Shown here piece after piece: positions 32,601-43,253 of a stretch of DNA of 64,000 nt. Origin of the DNA: Candidatus Hydrogenedentota bacterium (lineage in GTDB: Bacteria; Hydrogenedentota; Hydrogenedentia; Hydrogenedentales; SLHB01); assembly GCA_963668025.2 (NCBI GenBank), contig CAXXTH010000018.1, positions 513,763-577,762 of the forward strand. Reading direction: 5' to 3'. The position numbers and the translations under genes were made by a program. The notes beneath the pieces are model-generated. The model ran no database searches. It had not been told where the DNA came from and saw only the letters and a program-made list of their open reading frames with translations. The first letter of the stretch is position 1. The number at the start of each line of letters is the position of its first letter.

Positions 32601-35170
32601 GACTCCTCTACTTTTTTGCGGTCCGTTATGTCGCGGCTGATCCCCAGCACGCCAACCGTTTCCCCTGAAGCATCCACGAGAGGGGCTTTCAATGTATCCA
32701 ACAGCACTTCGGATTCATCAGGATACTTGACCCATTCATCATTGTGGCGGGGCTTCTTATATTGAATCATAAGCTGGTCTTGTTCACGGAAAAACGCCGC
32801 CGTTTCCGCCGGAAACAATTCATAATCCGTTCTCCCCACGATCTCCTCACGCGGGCGGCCCACGAAACGCACGAACTCGGGATTGCACCCCAAATACACG
32901 CCCGCTTCATCTTTGTAGAAAATGAGATCTGGTATGGAATTCAAGAGATTCTCGAGAAGCGCGGTTTTCTTGTGCAGCTCATCCTCCAGCACTTTACGCT
33001 CCGTAATGTCCAATATGGCAATCAATGCATATGGATTCCCGCTTAATTCCAGGAACGAGGCGTTTATTGCAAAACAAAACATGCGGGCGGTTCCATTGAC
33101 AAGCAGCATATGATTGGCTTCAACGCCACGGATGCTCTCATGTGTTCCAAACACCTGCGTAATCGTATTCCGAATCGGACAGTTCACACAGGCAGCGTAC
33201 TGGCCGCATCTATGGGAGGTATCAGTTGTCTGCAGGCAATGCAAGCTTTCCCCTGGCGGCTGATCCAAAAGCTGGGCGACATTTTCCCCTGTCATCTGCG
33301 CCACCACTTGGTTCACCCGGACCACATTGCCATCCTCATTCACTAAAAGCATGCCGACTTGGGCGGCGTCAAAGATGGCCTGTAGATTCTGCTGCTCTTC
33401 CTCGATTTGCTGTTTTTGCTCGAACAGCTCACGCGTACGCGTTTCCACCAATTGCGCCAGCACCGTCTTTCGCTTGGTAATGAGATGTACAAATAAGCTT
33501 CCGCTTATTGTCAATATGATACCCAGACAAAACGAGATAAATCCCCCATGGATGGCTAAGAAACCACCCAGCGGCTCCATTGCATGAACAGTAATGCAAT
33601 ACGCGCGACCAAATACAAAAATAGGAAAAAAACAATTTGCATCGCCTGCTACATACCCCATGGATTCCGTATATTCAGCATCCCGAATAGGCCCACTGTA
33701 GGGCCAAGAAGCCAGTATTATTGGTTTTCTATCTGTAAAGAACTGCTCCAGCCCGACCTGGATATGAGAGCCACGCGGATTTTTTTGTGTGAGCACATGT
33801 TCGAGCATATATTGAGGCTCCAACACACATGCCGCGAATCCCAGTAACTCCGATTTTCCTTTCAAGGTGTCCGAAGGTTCTTCCGACCCATCGCCGCCAT
33901 ATACCGGAATCAGCATCAAGATACTGTCCACCGGATTCGAACCTTGTAAATACGAAATAGGCAGCGTAGTCACCGGCAGCGCCGTTTCGAGCGCTTCCTT
34001 CACCACTTCCTGGCGGATCGGAACGGAATTGATGTCAAAACCTACCGCTTTCGTAATGCTCTCAGCAGGCACTGTGTATAATACGGCGTAATAATCAGAG
34101 CGCGGTTTGACCGGTTGTTTTTGGCCTGCTTCATCCCTTTCCCAAATAACAACATCGAATCCATGTTCCGCACTCGCCCACGTTTCGAATTGCTCCTTTT
34201 CCTCCGCGGACACATGGGGTATCCATCCGAATACCTGCACGGCGGAATCTTGCGCAATCGGAGTGGCGAATTGCTTGAACTCGAGAGCGCTCACCTTCGT
34301 CCCATATTCAAACAGGCGGGCGATGCTGTCCACCCGCTCATACACCATGTTGATTGTTTCTTTGACTTGAGCCGCATAGGAACGCGCCATGTCATCCAAC
34401 AAAAGGCGGGTATACCGGGCTTGTGACGCTTGCACATAAAAGGCAATAGCTATGGTGACTACCGTACCCAATGCGGCAGCTAAAATGGTTTCAATATTCC
34501 GTAGAAAAAAGCCATACTGCTGTGCGGATTTACGTTCGCGTTTTTCGATGCCAATCCATGCAAGCGCCACAAATAATACCGCGAAAATCGCAAACACCCA
34601 TGTCGCCCTATCGAGCCCATGAATACTCTTCATGAACTCATCGGCCTCGGTGTCCACCCCCACCACCATCAACACTTCCCCGGTCCGTGCATCCAGTATA
34701 GGCGCTATTCCGCTGACAAACGTGCCATACTCATCGGTGTGTGGGCCCGCCGAGACAGGCTGCTTGTTGCGAAAGACATCCGCCACAACCTCTGGCGGAT
34801 TCTGATACACCGTTCCGGGAGGAGAGGCATATGGGTCATTGGGCTCCAAGCTTTCGGGACCAAATACCATTTGGCCATCTTTGACGGCGATTGTGTAAAT
34901 GCTGCGACAGCCGATTGTTTTGCCAAAAGCCTGCATTTGAAAGCATAAACGCTTATATACCGGATTGGCGTGATCGACTTCGGTGAACAATAGTTTTTTT
35001 ACTTGTTCAGGTTGAATGGCGTCGGCTACACGGACAGCAAGCATCACGAGTTCGTTGCGCTTATCCGCCTCCGAGACGCTTTGAATATAGTGGGACATGC
35101 CCCAGCCTGCTATGAGAAGCAAGGCCATAATCATGCCTACATAGATTCGCTGCATGGTTTTTCTGGACAT
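29633..35170 (-). CDS. Hybrid sensor histidine kinase (CHASE, PAS x3, GAF, HisKA/HATPase, 2 REC, Hpt)
   Basis: FLANMSHEIRTPMNG, GGTGLGL, LIVDDN, LLAEDN, AHAIKGAAG, DGIWDW. Confidence 0.93.
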   Translation of the reverse strand: MSRKTMQRIYVGMIMALLLIAGWGMSHYIQSVSEADKRNELVMLAVRVADAIQPEQVKKLLFTEVDHANPVYKRLCFQMQAFGKTIGCRSIYTIAVKDGQMVFGPESLEPNDPYASPPGTVYQNPPEVVADVFRNKQPVSAGPHTDEYGTFVSGIAPILDARTGEVLMVVGVDTEADEFMKSIHGLDRATWVFAIFAVLFVALAWIGIEKRERKSAQQYGFFLRNIETILAAALGTVVTIAIAFYVQASQARYTRLLLDDMARSYAAQVKETINMVYERVDSIARLFEYGTKVSALEFKQFATPIAQDSAVQVFGWIPHVSAEEKEQFETWASAEHGFDVVIWERDEAGQKQPVKPRSDYYAVLYTVPAESITKAVGFDINSVPIRQEVVKEALETALPVTTLPISYLQGSNPVDSILMLIPVYGGDGSEEPSDTLKGKSELLGFAACVLEPQYMLEHVLTQKNPRGSHIQVGLEQFFTDRKPIILASWPYSGPIRDAEYTESMGYVAGDANCFFPIFVFGRAYCITVHAMEPLGGFLAIHGGFISFCLGIILTISGSLFVHLITKRKTVLAQLVETRTRELFEQKQQIEEEQQNLQAIFDAAQVGMLLVNEDGNVVRVNQVVAQMTGENVAQLLDQPPGESLHCLQTTDTSHRCGQYAACVNCPIRNTITQVFGTHESIRGVEANHMLLVNGTARMFCFAINASFLELSGNPYALIAILDITERKVLEDELHKKTALLENLLNSIPDLIFYKDEAGVYLGCNPEFVRFVGRPREEIVGRTDYELFPAETAAFFREQDQLMIQYKKPRHNDEWVKYPDESEVLLDTLKAPLVDASGETVGVLGISRDITDRKKVEESLAKSREQYMLAVNGSNDGIWDWDIKDNNLFLSPKWKEMIGYEDHELPNELATFTDRMHPDDFERFKLYIDEYVKGNIEVFSIEFRFQHRNGEYLWFQARGKVLRDANGVPYRMAGSHTNITERKQSEERMARREAFERMLMELSGEFVSINASDMDAAFMKALEQIGVFCNSISSYVFIIDKKENTASITHEWCAPGVAPHKAHYQNLPLNAFPAWMERMNALETIYIPDVDELPDTWRAERELLRQFNVHSIVAMPMESERQLLGFVGFESAQRDHIWREEEIHLLCVFADLLSNAFQRKGFEERLLETNRSLEAAIARANELATKAEVANVAKSQFLANMSHEIRTPMNGIIGMTGLLLDTKLDAEQRHFAEVIRSSGDNLLELINDILDFSKIEAGRLELEILDFDLRAVMDELAELLALRAMEKNLEFVCGIDPEAPTLLKGDPGRLRQVLINLAGNAVKFTSQGEVSVQVSALAETEREVTLRFEVCDTGIGISADKMELLFSAFQQVDASMTRKFGGTGLGLAISKRLVEMMGGEIGVTSGEGKGSIFWFMITYKKSSENERLKAPGKIAALHGQHMLIVDDNATNRLLLRRTLESWGVRLAEADSGEMALRRLRDSARSGDPFHMAILDMQMPVMDGESLARAILSEPEIKTTILVLMSSFGDRGEAARMKRSGFSAYLVKPVKQAELYTCLASILGAAEVQLEAQVEQPLKARQILGEEQRARYRILLAEDNVINQNVALKFLEKMGFHAGCAGNGQEALNALQEMPYDIVLMDVQMPIMDGFEATRCIRQGLAKGANPDIPIIAMTAHAMKGDREKCIQAGMNDYISKPVRPDELAVVLDRWIHKRGFSEKPAMEIQTGCETETQGEALVFDRDDFKKRMLGDPQFMTLVAKRFRADLPRLLSLLRQAIMDGNTRQAEFQAHAIKGAAGTAGGARLQAIAAEMEQMAIQGGISQVRDSLPRLELEAERLLKALEEYGDE

Positions 35171-35583
35171 CGCAACCCATCCTATCGCTGCGAGAGCTAT
35201 TCTTGCTTTAGCTTAATACTCTTAGCTAATGGCTCAGATGGCCTGTCCACTTGAAATAAACAGAGAAACGGCCTCCGTTACCTGGCGCGCTGAACACCTT
35301 CAAGTTCCTTCATGCCAGACACTTGCCGTTTTTTTCTCACGGGATTCGCCTCGGCAGTCAAGCAGGAATCCCGCGCTCACCACACTTTACCCGGTATGCT
35401 TTACATGATAACCTAATTTTTTAATATACTTATATTATACTCTGGGAAGGTAAAAAACTCCGCATAGTTGTAAAACAAAAAATTAGGTGAACTCTATTAA
35501 AAATGTCAAGCAAACGCGGCGGTGTTTATTGCCTTGAAAGCATGCGAACCATGGCCATTTCTTCCACTGCGATATAGCCCATT

Positions 35584-35621
35584 CATGAAACAGGCGGCTT
35601 TTCCAAGCCGCCTGTTTCATG
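35584..35621. terminator. Strong hairpin downstream of pyrF
   Basis: 17-bp perfect stem CATGAAACAGGCGGCTT-TTCC-AAGCCGCCTGTTTCATG; no clear U-tract. Confidence 0.55.
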
Positions 35622-35652
35622 CGAGATATATGTTGATGCAACTGGTGTTGGA

Positions 35653-36345
35653 TTATCCGCCGAGTTCATCGAGTATCATGCGCACGGCTTGCGCCGGATC
35701 ATTGTGGGCAAAGATGGGCCTGCCTACTACGATAAAATTCGCACCAGCGGCGGAAGCTTCCGCAGGCGTCAGCACACGCGCTTGATCATCTTTACCCGCC
35801 CAAGCAGGGCGCACGCCGGGCGTCACGACAATGGGGCTGAGACCAATAGCATTGCGCACCAGCTCAATTTCTTTGGGGGAGCACACCACGCCATGGGCCC
35901 CGGACTCGATGGCGAGTTTGGCGTAACGCGGCACGGCTTGAGCGGCGGTTTCATGCAGGCCCACTTCATCGCGCAGCATTTCATCGGACAGGCTGGTCAG
36001 CACGGTCACGGCCAGGATCTGGGTGTCGGTGCCTTCAACGCCATTGCGTGCGGCCTCGATCATCCTCCGGCCTCCCGAGGCGTGAATGGTGATCAGGGAA
36101 GCGCCCAGCGAAGCGGCGGCGCGGGCCGCCCGGCCGACTGTATTCGGGATATCGTGATATTTGAGGTCTAGAAAGACCTTCTTGCCAAGCCCCAGGATCT
36201 CCTCGACGATAGCGGGGCCGCATCGTGTGAACAACTGCTTGCCGATCTTCACCCAGCGGCAATCGCCAATCACTTTCACGCGTTCCAGCGCTTCATCCCG
36301 CATATCCGCGTCAATCGCTGCAATCAGTTCGGTATAGTTTTCCAT
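35653..36345 (-). CDS. pyrF: Orotidine-5'-phosphate decarboxylase
   Basis: FLDLKYHDIPNTV, AVTVLTS, VTPGVRP, VVGRPI. Confidence 0.96.
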   Translation of the reverse strand: MENYTELIAAIDADMRDEALERVKVIGDCRWVKIGKQLFTRCGPAIVEEILGLGKKVFLDLKYHDIPNTVGRAARAAASLGASLITIHASGGRRMIEAARNGVEGTDTQILAVTVLTSLSDEMLRDEVGLHETAAQAVPRYAKLAIESGAHGVVCSPKEIELVRNAIGLSPIVVTPGVRPAWAGKDDQARVLTPAEASAAGANFIVVGRPIFAHNDPAQAVRMILDELGG

Positions 36346-36439
36346 TTTTCTTCCTTTCATTCATTCGACAGGCGCACCGCATGTGTTTCAACGGCGATGC
36401 GCGATATGTTTGGCGCGTATACCGCAGCCGGCCGCCAGA

Positions 36440-37378
36440 TTAGGCTTCGAGCGCACCCACCAGGCTGGACACGGATGCAAACCCATGGCGGCGGAGATAA
36501 TCGGAAATGCCATCCACGACGCGCAGGGCCGCATCCGGCTGGCGAAACGTCATGGAACCTACCGACACCGCGGTGGCGCCAGCAAGCAAGAACTCGATGG
36601 CGTCACAGGAGCGGCATATGCCGCCCGTGCCAATGATGGGGATGGACAAGACCCTCGCCACGTCCCATACCATTTTCACCGCCACAGGCCGTATGGCTGG
36701 CCCACTCAGCCCGCCAACGATGTTCGCCAATCGAGGGCGTCGTTTCTCGGGATCAATCGCCATGCCCAGCAAGGTATTGATCAAGCATACGGCATCCGCA
36801 CCTGCCTCTTGGGCCGCCAGCGCGGGCTCGCGGATATCCATGACATTAGGCGATAGCTTGATGAATAACGGGAGGCGCGTGGCGGCGCGAATCGTGCGCG
36901 TATACTCGGCCACGGCCTCGCAGTTCTGAGACACCAGCACCGGCCCGCGCGCGCCCTTGGCGTCATGTACATTCGGGCATGACAAATTGGCTTCGATGGC
37001 ATCCGCGGCGCCCGCCTCTTCTAGGCGGCGGGCCAATTCCGCATATTCCTCCGGCCCATTGCCATATATATTCGCGATGATGGTGGCGTTTTGTTCGCGC
37101 AAAAACGGCGCTTTCGATTCGAGATAGGCATCCAAGCCGACATTCTGCAGGCCGATGGCGTTCAGCATGCCCGCAGGCGTTTCCACAAGCCGGGGAGGCT
37201 TATTGCCGGGACGGGGCTTTAACGTGATGCTTTTGGTTGTGACCGCGCCCAAACGGGACAGCTCGAAATAACGGGCATACTCCTGCCCATACCCGAAGGT
37301 GCCCGAAGCGACAGTCACCGGGTTTTTCATGGGCAGTCCGCCCAGATTTATGACTAGATTTGGGCTGTCAGACATCAT
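36440..37378 (-). CDS. pyrD: Dihydroorotate dehydrogenase B, catalytic subunit
   Basis: KNPVTVASGTFGYG, MLNAIGLQN, NLSCPNV, KLSPNV, GGLSGPAIRP. Confidence 0.95.
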   Translation of the reverse strand: MMSDSPNLVINLGGLPMKNPVTVASGTFGYGQEYARYFELSRLGAVTTKSITLKPRPGNKPPRLVETPAGMLNAIGLQNVGLDAYLESKAPFLREQNATIIANIYGNGPEEYAELARRLEEAGAADAIEANLSCPNVHDAKGARGPVLVSQNCEAVAEYTRTIRAATRLPLFIKLSPNVMDIREPALAAQEAGADAVCLINTLLGMAIDPEKRRPRLANIVGGLSGPAIRPVAVKMVWDVARVLSIPIIGTGGICRSCDAIEFLLAGATAVSVGSMTFRQPDAALRVVDGISDYLRRHGFASVSSLVGALEA

Positions 37379-38210
37379 AGGCGTGATTATGCGCCTCCCA
37401 ATCGATCATATTCGCCTCAAACACCGGGCCGTCGCAACACACCCGCACCATCTTTTCCGCTTCTTGTTCTTGGCGCGCCTCGACGACACAGCCCAGGCAG
37501 GCCCCATCGCCGCAGGCCATTTGAGCCTCGAGCGATACGAGGCACGAAGCGCCTCCCGCCAAGGCCACGGCGGCGGTGGTCTGCATCATCATCATAGGGC
37601 CGCAAGCGTATACCCGCGTCCCAGGGCCAGGCTCCAGGCGTTCGAGCATTTGGGATGCATACGCCTGCACTCCCGCCGAGCCATCATCCGTCGCGACTTG
37701 CACCTCGCAGCCAAGGGCGCGGAACTCTTCGCCGCACAACACGAGATGGCGCGTACGCGCCGCAAGGATCACTGTTGGCGGGGCCGCGCCCGCATCCAGC
37801 AGCGCATCCGCCAGCGCCGGGAATGGGGCCACTCCAACGCCTCCCGCCACAATGATATGGCGGCCAAAGGCCGTATCGACCGGGAATCCATTGCCCAATG
37901 GGCCTTGTACGCTGATCACTTGGCCCGCCACCGTGCGCGCCAGAAACGCCGTACCCTCGCCCTCCACCTTATACAGCACTTGAAATCCTTGCGCCTGGAT
38001 ACGCTCGAAGCACATGGGCCGCCGCAGGAAGGGATACAATCCGGGGGCCGTTTGAATCATGCAAAATTGGCCAGCGGCCGCGAGGCGGGCCATCTGAGGC
38101 GCTTGCAGCCGCATGCGGTATTGCCCCGGCGCGACTTCTTCATTCGATAGGATTAAGCAATCCTCGAGGAGGCGCTCATCCCGATTGTTCATAGAGTCAA
38201 ACGCAGCCAT
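37368..38210 (-). CDS. pyrK: Dihydroorotate dehydrogenase electron transfer subunit
   Basis: LRRP, GPLGNGF, AGGVGVAP, ACGP, MACGDGACLGC...VCCDGPVF. Confidence 0.93.
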   Translation of the reverse strand: MAAFDSMNNRDERLLEDCLILSNEEVAPGQYRMRLQAPQMARLAAAGQFCMIQTAPGLYPFLRRPMCFERIQAQGFQVLYKVEGEGTAFLARTVAGQVISVQGPLGNGFPVDTAFGRHIIVAGGVGVAPFPALADALLDAGAAPPTVILAARTRHLVLCGEEFRALGCEVQVATDDGSAGVQAYASQMLERLEPGPGTRVYACGPMMMMQTTAAVALAGGASCLVSLEAQMACGDGACLGCVVEARQEQEAEKMVRVCCDGPVFEANMIDWEAHNHAYDV

Positions 38211-39296
38211 TTAACGCCGCCCCCGATCAAAGGCGAGCTGGTTGCGCAAGCTGTTCAGGCTCAGCTTGATGCGCTCGGCAAGCACCTCGCCCACACCTTC
38301 CACTTCGACCAGTTCCTCCTTGGATGAGCGCATGATTTGCTGCAATGAACCAAACCGGGCCACCAAGTTCTCGATGATCTGTGGCGTAAGCCTGCGCGTC
38401 TCTTTGAGAAGACGGAAGCCCCGGGGCGAAAGATACGTATCGATGTTCTTCAAGTTGCCGCCGTATCCCATCGCTTGGCTGATATTGCTCAAGATTAGGA
38501 TCTCTTGCTGGGATATTTCCGAGATGCGCTCCTTGATCACCTCGAAGGGCACGCCCTCTCTTGCCCGGTAATAGTCCTTAATCACCAACTCCGCATCCAC
38601 CAGGGGGATAACCAGCTCCGCGAGCTGCATGGCGATCAAGCGCCCTTCGGTGCCCAGCTCAAGAATATAGGGTTCGATCTCGTTGGCGATTCGGACCACC
38701 ATTTCGTATCGCTGCACCGTGCTGCACACATCGAAAATGGTGACCATGTCCTCGAACTCGCGGGCGCTTAGCTCGGTGGTGGCCTGTTTCAAGGCGGCAA
38801 GATATTTCTCGAGGGTTTGAATGGCCTGCGTCGCTTTATTGAGCAAGGTCGGGATGCTGTCCAGTACATGCTTCACATCATGTACATACAGCGTCACGCT
38901 GGCCCGCCGCTCCGATACCGCCACGACCATGCATTTAGCCTTCTTGGCCACCCGTTCCGCCGCGCGGTGGCGCGTTCCGGTCTCATCCGTGGCGATGCTC
39001 ACATCCGGCTTCAGAAAACGGTTCGCATATAAAATCCGGGTGGCGTCTTCGTTTAGAATGATCGCGCCATCCATTTTGCATAATTCATACATCAATTGCG
39101 GAGTGGCCTGGGCGTTGAGTTCCACGCCGCCCTCCGAGATATCGGCAAGCGCCTTCGGATCGCCGATACAAATCAATGCGCCATTGCGGCTTTGTAGAAT
39201 AGCGAAAATTGCTTCCCGAATATCCGTGCCTGGCGATACCATCAACAGGGCGTCCCGGTAGGCAATCCTGCCGCTCTTGCGTTTAGCTCGCGTCAT
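38211..39296 (-). CDS. disA: DNA integrity scanning diadenylate cyclase
   Basis: DAC motifs KMDGAIIL and ETGTRHRAAER; linker; C-terminal HhH (VEGVGE). Confidence 0.93.
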   Translation of the reverse strand: MTRAKRKSGRIAYRDALLMVSPGTDIREAIFAILQSRNGALICIGDPKALADISEGGVELNAQATPQLMYELCKMDGAIILNEDATRILYANRFLKPDVSIATDETGTRHRAAERVAKKAKCMVVAVSERRASVTLYVHDVKHVLDSIPTLLNKATQAIQTLEKYLAALKQATTELSAREFEDMVTIFDVCSTVQRYEMVVRIANEIEPYILELGTEGRLIAMQLAELVIPLVDAELVIKDYYRAREGVPFEVIKERISEISQQEILILSNISQAMGYGGNLKNIDTYLSPRGFRLLKETRRLTPQIIENLVARFGSLQQIMRSSKEELVEVEGVGEVLAERIKLSLNSLRNQLAFDRGRR

Positions 39297-39474
39297 TCGT
39301 TCTTCCCATACCCATCGCTAACCGGCCAAAAAGTAAACCTGTCCCCTTTGATTCATTTATCCTTCAGCATGCCTACTTTGCCATCTTCATTGCCCCTGGT
39401 TCAACCTTTTAGTACTATATATGTGATACGCTTGGCGGCCTTGATGGCGCAGCCGTCCGCACCGAGCGTTTTCT

Positions 39475-40254
39475 TCACCGCGTTTCCAGCACCCAGATCA
39501 TCTCGGTGCTGTATTCCGTGAACGGGGCGCACTCGAAATCGCCAAATAAGGCCGCGACGCGGAATCCGCAAGCGCGCACCAAGTTATCCATTTCACGCAT
39601 TGTAAGCCAAGCCCTGGTCAGTGTGAGGTGCTGGGACGATTTGACGACGCCTTGGCCGTCCACGATGTGGACCACATGATCCTCAGCAAGCTGCTGGGTG
39701 AATTCGTTATATCGCGGACCGCAGAAATGCAGCAACTGCAAATCGGAATCGGGCAGCGGATATCGCCCCGCGAGCCGCTGTACGCCCGCGCCCGCTCCCA
39801 GGTACGGCGCAATCTGCGAGGGCCGCGCCGCCCATACATTGAGCATGAACACGCCGCCATCCGCCAAGTGCTCCCGCACGCACGCCAGGCAATCCCACTG
39901 TTCTTCTTGGGTGAGGCAATGCATGAACGTACGGTAGGGCATGGCGATATAATCGAATTGCTGTTCCAGATGGAAAGCCCGCATATCGGCCACGAGCAAG
40001 CGCAGGCTTCCTGGCACCGGCCCAACCATCTCCAGTTTTTCCACACACACATCGAGCATGGGTTTCGATACGTCCAAACCGATGACATGCGCGCCGGACA
40101 TGGCCATGGGAATAGCGATGCGGCCCGTGCCGCATCCGATCTCGAGCGTCTTGCCGCGCAGGCGGGCTGCTTGGCCTACATAAAACTCCGCTTCGCCGGG
40201 CAAGCCTTGGTGGATCAGATCATAATATTCCGCCCATGCATCGTATTCGGCCAC
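39475..40254 (-). CDS. Class I SAM-dependent methyltransferase
   Basis: LEIGCGTGR, GLDVS..ML, ADMR. GTG start at 40254 after AGGAG. Confidence 0.88.
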   Translation of the reverse strand: MAEYDAWAEYYDLIHQGLPGEAEFYVGQAARLRGKTLEIGCGTGRIAIPMAMSGAHVIGLDVSKPMLDVCVEKLEMVGPVPGSLRLLVADMRAFHLEQQFDYIAMPYRTFMHCLTQEEQWDCLACVREHLADGGVFMLNVWAARPSQIAPYLGAGAGVQRLAGRYPLPDSDLQLLHFCGPRYNEFTQQLAEDHVVHIVDGQGVVKSSQHLTLTRAWLTMREMDNLVRACGFRVAALFGDFECAPFTEYSTEMIWVLETR

Positions 40255-40255
40255 G

Positions 40256-41146
40256 TTATTGCTCCTGTGTTTGCACTGAGTTGGCTTCCGCAAGATGGGT
40301 ATTAAAAAAACCGAGCGCTTCCTCGAACACTTTTGCCCGATTATGCGGGCGGAAATAGTCGAACGCATGCCCCCATCCTGGAAACGACACTAGGCGTGCG
40401 GGAACGCCATTGGCGCATGCGCTTTTGTAGAACTGCTCTGACTGCGTATAGGCCACGAGCGGGTCTTTGGTGCCATGAAGAAGCAACACGGGGCACATGC
40501 CCGGATGGACATACCGAATAGGCGACAGGGCTTCAAATGCATCCCGTCCTTCCAACTGCTCCTCCCCGGCCATCTTTCTCCATACTTTAGCAGGTTTGCG
40601 TTTTCCCGGTTTCTCGAACAAGCTAAAATCGGCCACTCCATAAATGCTTACGGCGGCCTGCACGGCGCTGCTCGCGCCGGGATTGGTGGAGCCTTCCAGG
40701 CCATCTTCCGGCTGCGTCGCCGCCAGCATTAATGCAAGATGCCCGCCCGCTGAATCGCCCATCACGCCAATCCGGTCCGGATCGATGCCGTATTTCTCCG
40801 CGTTCAAGCGCAAATACCGCACGGCGGCCTTACTGTCATGGACGCAATCCACAATGGTATGCACCGGCAGCATGCGATAATTAATTGACATGGCAACGTA
40901 GCCCTGGCGCGCGAGCTGTTTGGCATACCATACCTTCATGAACCGGTTGCCGAACGTCCATCCGCCCCCGTGGATCAGCACCACCGCCGGATAGGGTTTC
41001 GCGCCGCCTTCTGGAAGGCACAACGTCATGCGCAGTTTATGGCCGCCTGCGACGCCGTACACCCCATGCTCCACTCGAATATCAGCGGCGTTGCCCCAAG
41101 TGGCGAGCCCGATTCCCAGCAAAGCTCCTATAAGACTTCGCATCAT
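40256..41146 (-). CDS. Secreted alpha/beta hydrolase (HSL-like / BD-FAE esterase)
   Basis: IHGGGW, GDSAGGHLA, HGTKDPLV, GHAF. Confidence 0.9.
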   Translation of the reverse strand: MMRSLIGALLGIGLATWGNAADIRVEHGVYGVAGGHKLRMTLCLPEGGAKPYPAVVLIHGGGWTFGNRFMKVWYAKQLARQGYVAMSINYRMLPVHTIVDCVHDSKAAVRYLRLNAEKYGIDPDRIGVMGDSAGGHLALMLAATQPEDGLEGSTNPGASSAVQAAVSIYGVADFSLFEKPGKRKPAKVWRKMAGEEQLEGRDAFEALSPIRYVHPGMCPVLLLHGTKDPLVAYTQSEQFYKSACANGVPARLVSFPGWGHAFDYFRPHNRAKVFEEALGFFNTHLAEANSVQTQEQ

Positions 41147-41210
41147 TCAACACCTCGTTACCCATGAAACACCCGCAGGCATGGCATGCGCCTGCACACA
41201 GCACCATATC

Positions 41211-41237
41211 GAAAGAAAGCCCGCCGCGCAAGGCGGG
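41211..41237 (-). terminator. Rho-independent terminator-like hairpin just 3' of the intron
   Basis: Minus strand CCCGCC-TTGCGC-GGCGGG-CTTTCTTTC. Confidence 0.45.
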
Positions 41238-41250
41238 AATACAAACGAGG

Positions 41251-41851
<601 letters not shown>

Positions 41852-41979
41852 CAAAGAAAGGAACGTTGCGCTTTCATAAACCAACGTTTCGAAGCCTACA
41901 GGGTTGCGGAATTTACTTGGATTTAGTTAGGTATACCAAATATACTCACCTACAAGATGATACCGGTTCTGTTTAATCC

Positions 41980-43194
41980 ATGGAGGATTCTATCGTGGTA
42001 CGAAGATTTCTTTTCATCACGTTCTTCCTATTATCTGCTATTGCATTCGCAGCGGACACGCCGAAAATCACCGTTCGTGAAACGGTAGTGTTCGACGGAC
42101 ACAAGGGATGGGAACATGACGGTGTGACGTACCGCCTGGCGTGCGCGGCTTTTATTGCGCAAATGCCGAATGGCGACCTGCTCACCTGGTGGCTGTCGGG
42201 AAGCGACAATGAGCCTTCGACGGACAACAACGTGCTGGCGTCGCGCTCGACAGACAAGGGGAAGACTTGGAGCGAGCCATACATACTGCTTCCTGCAGGG
42301 AAAAATGCGGCTTGGTTCGGTCCGGTTTGGGTGAAAGGCGATAAGGTCATAGCATTTTGCGCGGAATGGCCTTCTGAATCCAAGTACACGACCTGGTATT
42401 ATTATCGCATGGAATCCGCCGACAACGGACATACCTGGAGCGAGCGGGAGCCAATATCGTTGCGTCCCACCAATAACATCATGATGCATCGCATGATTCT
42501 CCTTCAAAACGGCGAGTACCTGGCGCCCTCGGTCTTTTACGACAAACGTCCTGTTCCACTGACGGCCAGTATCGAGGCGCTGGCGTACGCTAAAACGGAA
42601 GAAGAGGCCCTCGCACTGCCGCCCGATCCGGCGATTCAGGCGAACACCCCCATTTTTCTCTCGCACCAGCATGGCTGTTCTGTGCTGATCACCGCCGATC
42701 CGGAGCTGCGGGGATTTAAGGAATACGGCAATATCCGCAACCGCCCCTTGGGCCTGCTCGCGAATATGGTGGTTCAATTGAAGGATGGCCGCATCGTGAT
42801 GCTGATGCGCGCGGAATGGGGCGGCTACCTCTGGCGGGCGGAGAGTTCGGACAATGGCCGCACATGGACGGACGCCTGGCAGACGGATATTCCGAATCCG
42901 ACGACCCTGGTGTCGATGATACGCTTGCCTGACGACCGTATCGCGCTGGTGCATAACGCCACCGGCGCTGAACCTGGCCATGCGGGCATACGCGATCCGC
43001 TGTCCATCTGGCTGAGCAATGACGAGATGGAGACGTGGTACATCAAGGAGGACGTCATCACTGCCAATAAACAGGCGCAACTTTCGTATCCCTGCCCGAT
43101 TGCCGTGGACGGCAAGCTGGTGTTTACATATGATCGCGACCGCAGGGAAACCCGCTTTGTGGAGGCGGCATTGCCGCCATGGCCGGAGAAATAG
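41980..43194 (+). CDS. Secreted BNR/Asp-box sialidase-like protein (paralog 1)
   Basis: Asp boxes STDKGKTW, SADNGHTW, SSDNGRTW, SNDEMETW; RDPL; SYP. Confidence 0.88.
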   Translation: MEDSIVVRRFLFITFFLLSAIAFAADTPKITVRETVVFDGHKGWEHDGVTYRLACAAFIAQMPNGDLLTWWLSGSDNEPSTDNNVLASRSTDKGKTWSEPYILLPAGKNAAWFGPVWVKGDKVIAFCAEWPSESKYTTWYYYRMESADNGHTWSEREPISLRPTNNIMMHRMILLQNGEYLAPSVFYDKRPVPLTASIEALAYAKTEEEALALPPDPAIQANTPIFLSHQHGCSVLITADPELRGFKEYGNIRNRPLGLLANMVVQLKDGRIVMLMRAEWGGYLWRAESSDNGRTWTDAWQTDIPNPTTLVSMIRLPDDRIALVHNATGAEPGHAGIRDPLSIWLSNDEMETWYIKEDVITANKQAQLSYPCPIAVDGKLVFTYDRDRRETRFVEAALPPWPEK

Positions 43195-43253
43195 ATGGGC
43201 AAGGCCGAGTGCAGGATTGTCCTGTTTTCCATAAATATACGGAGAGCGTCGTG

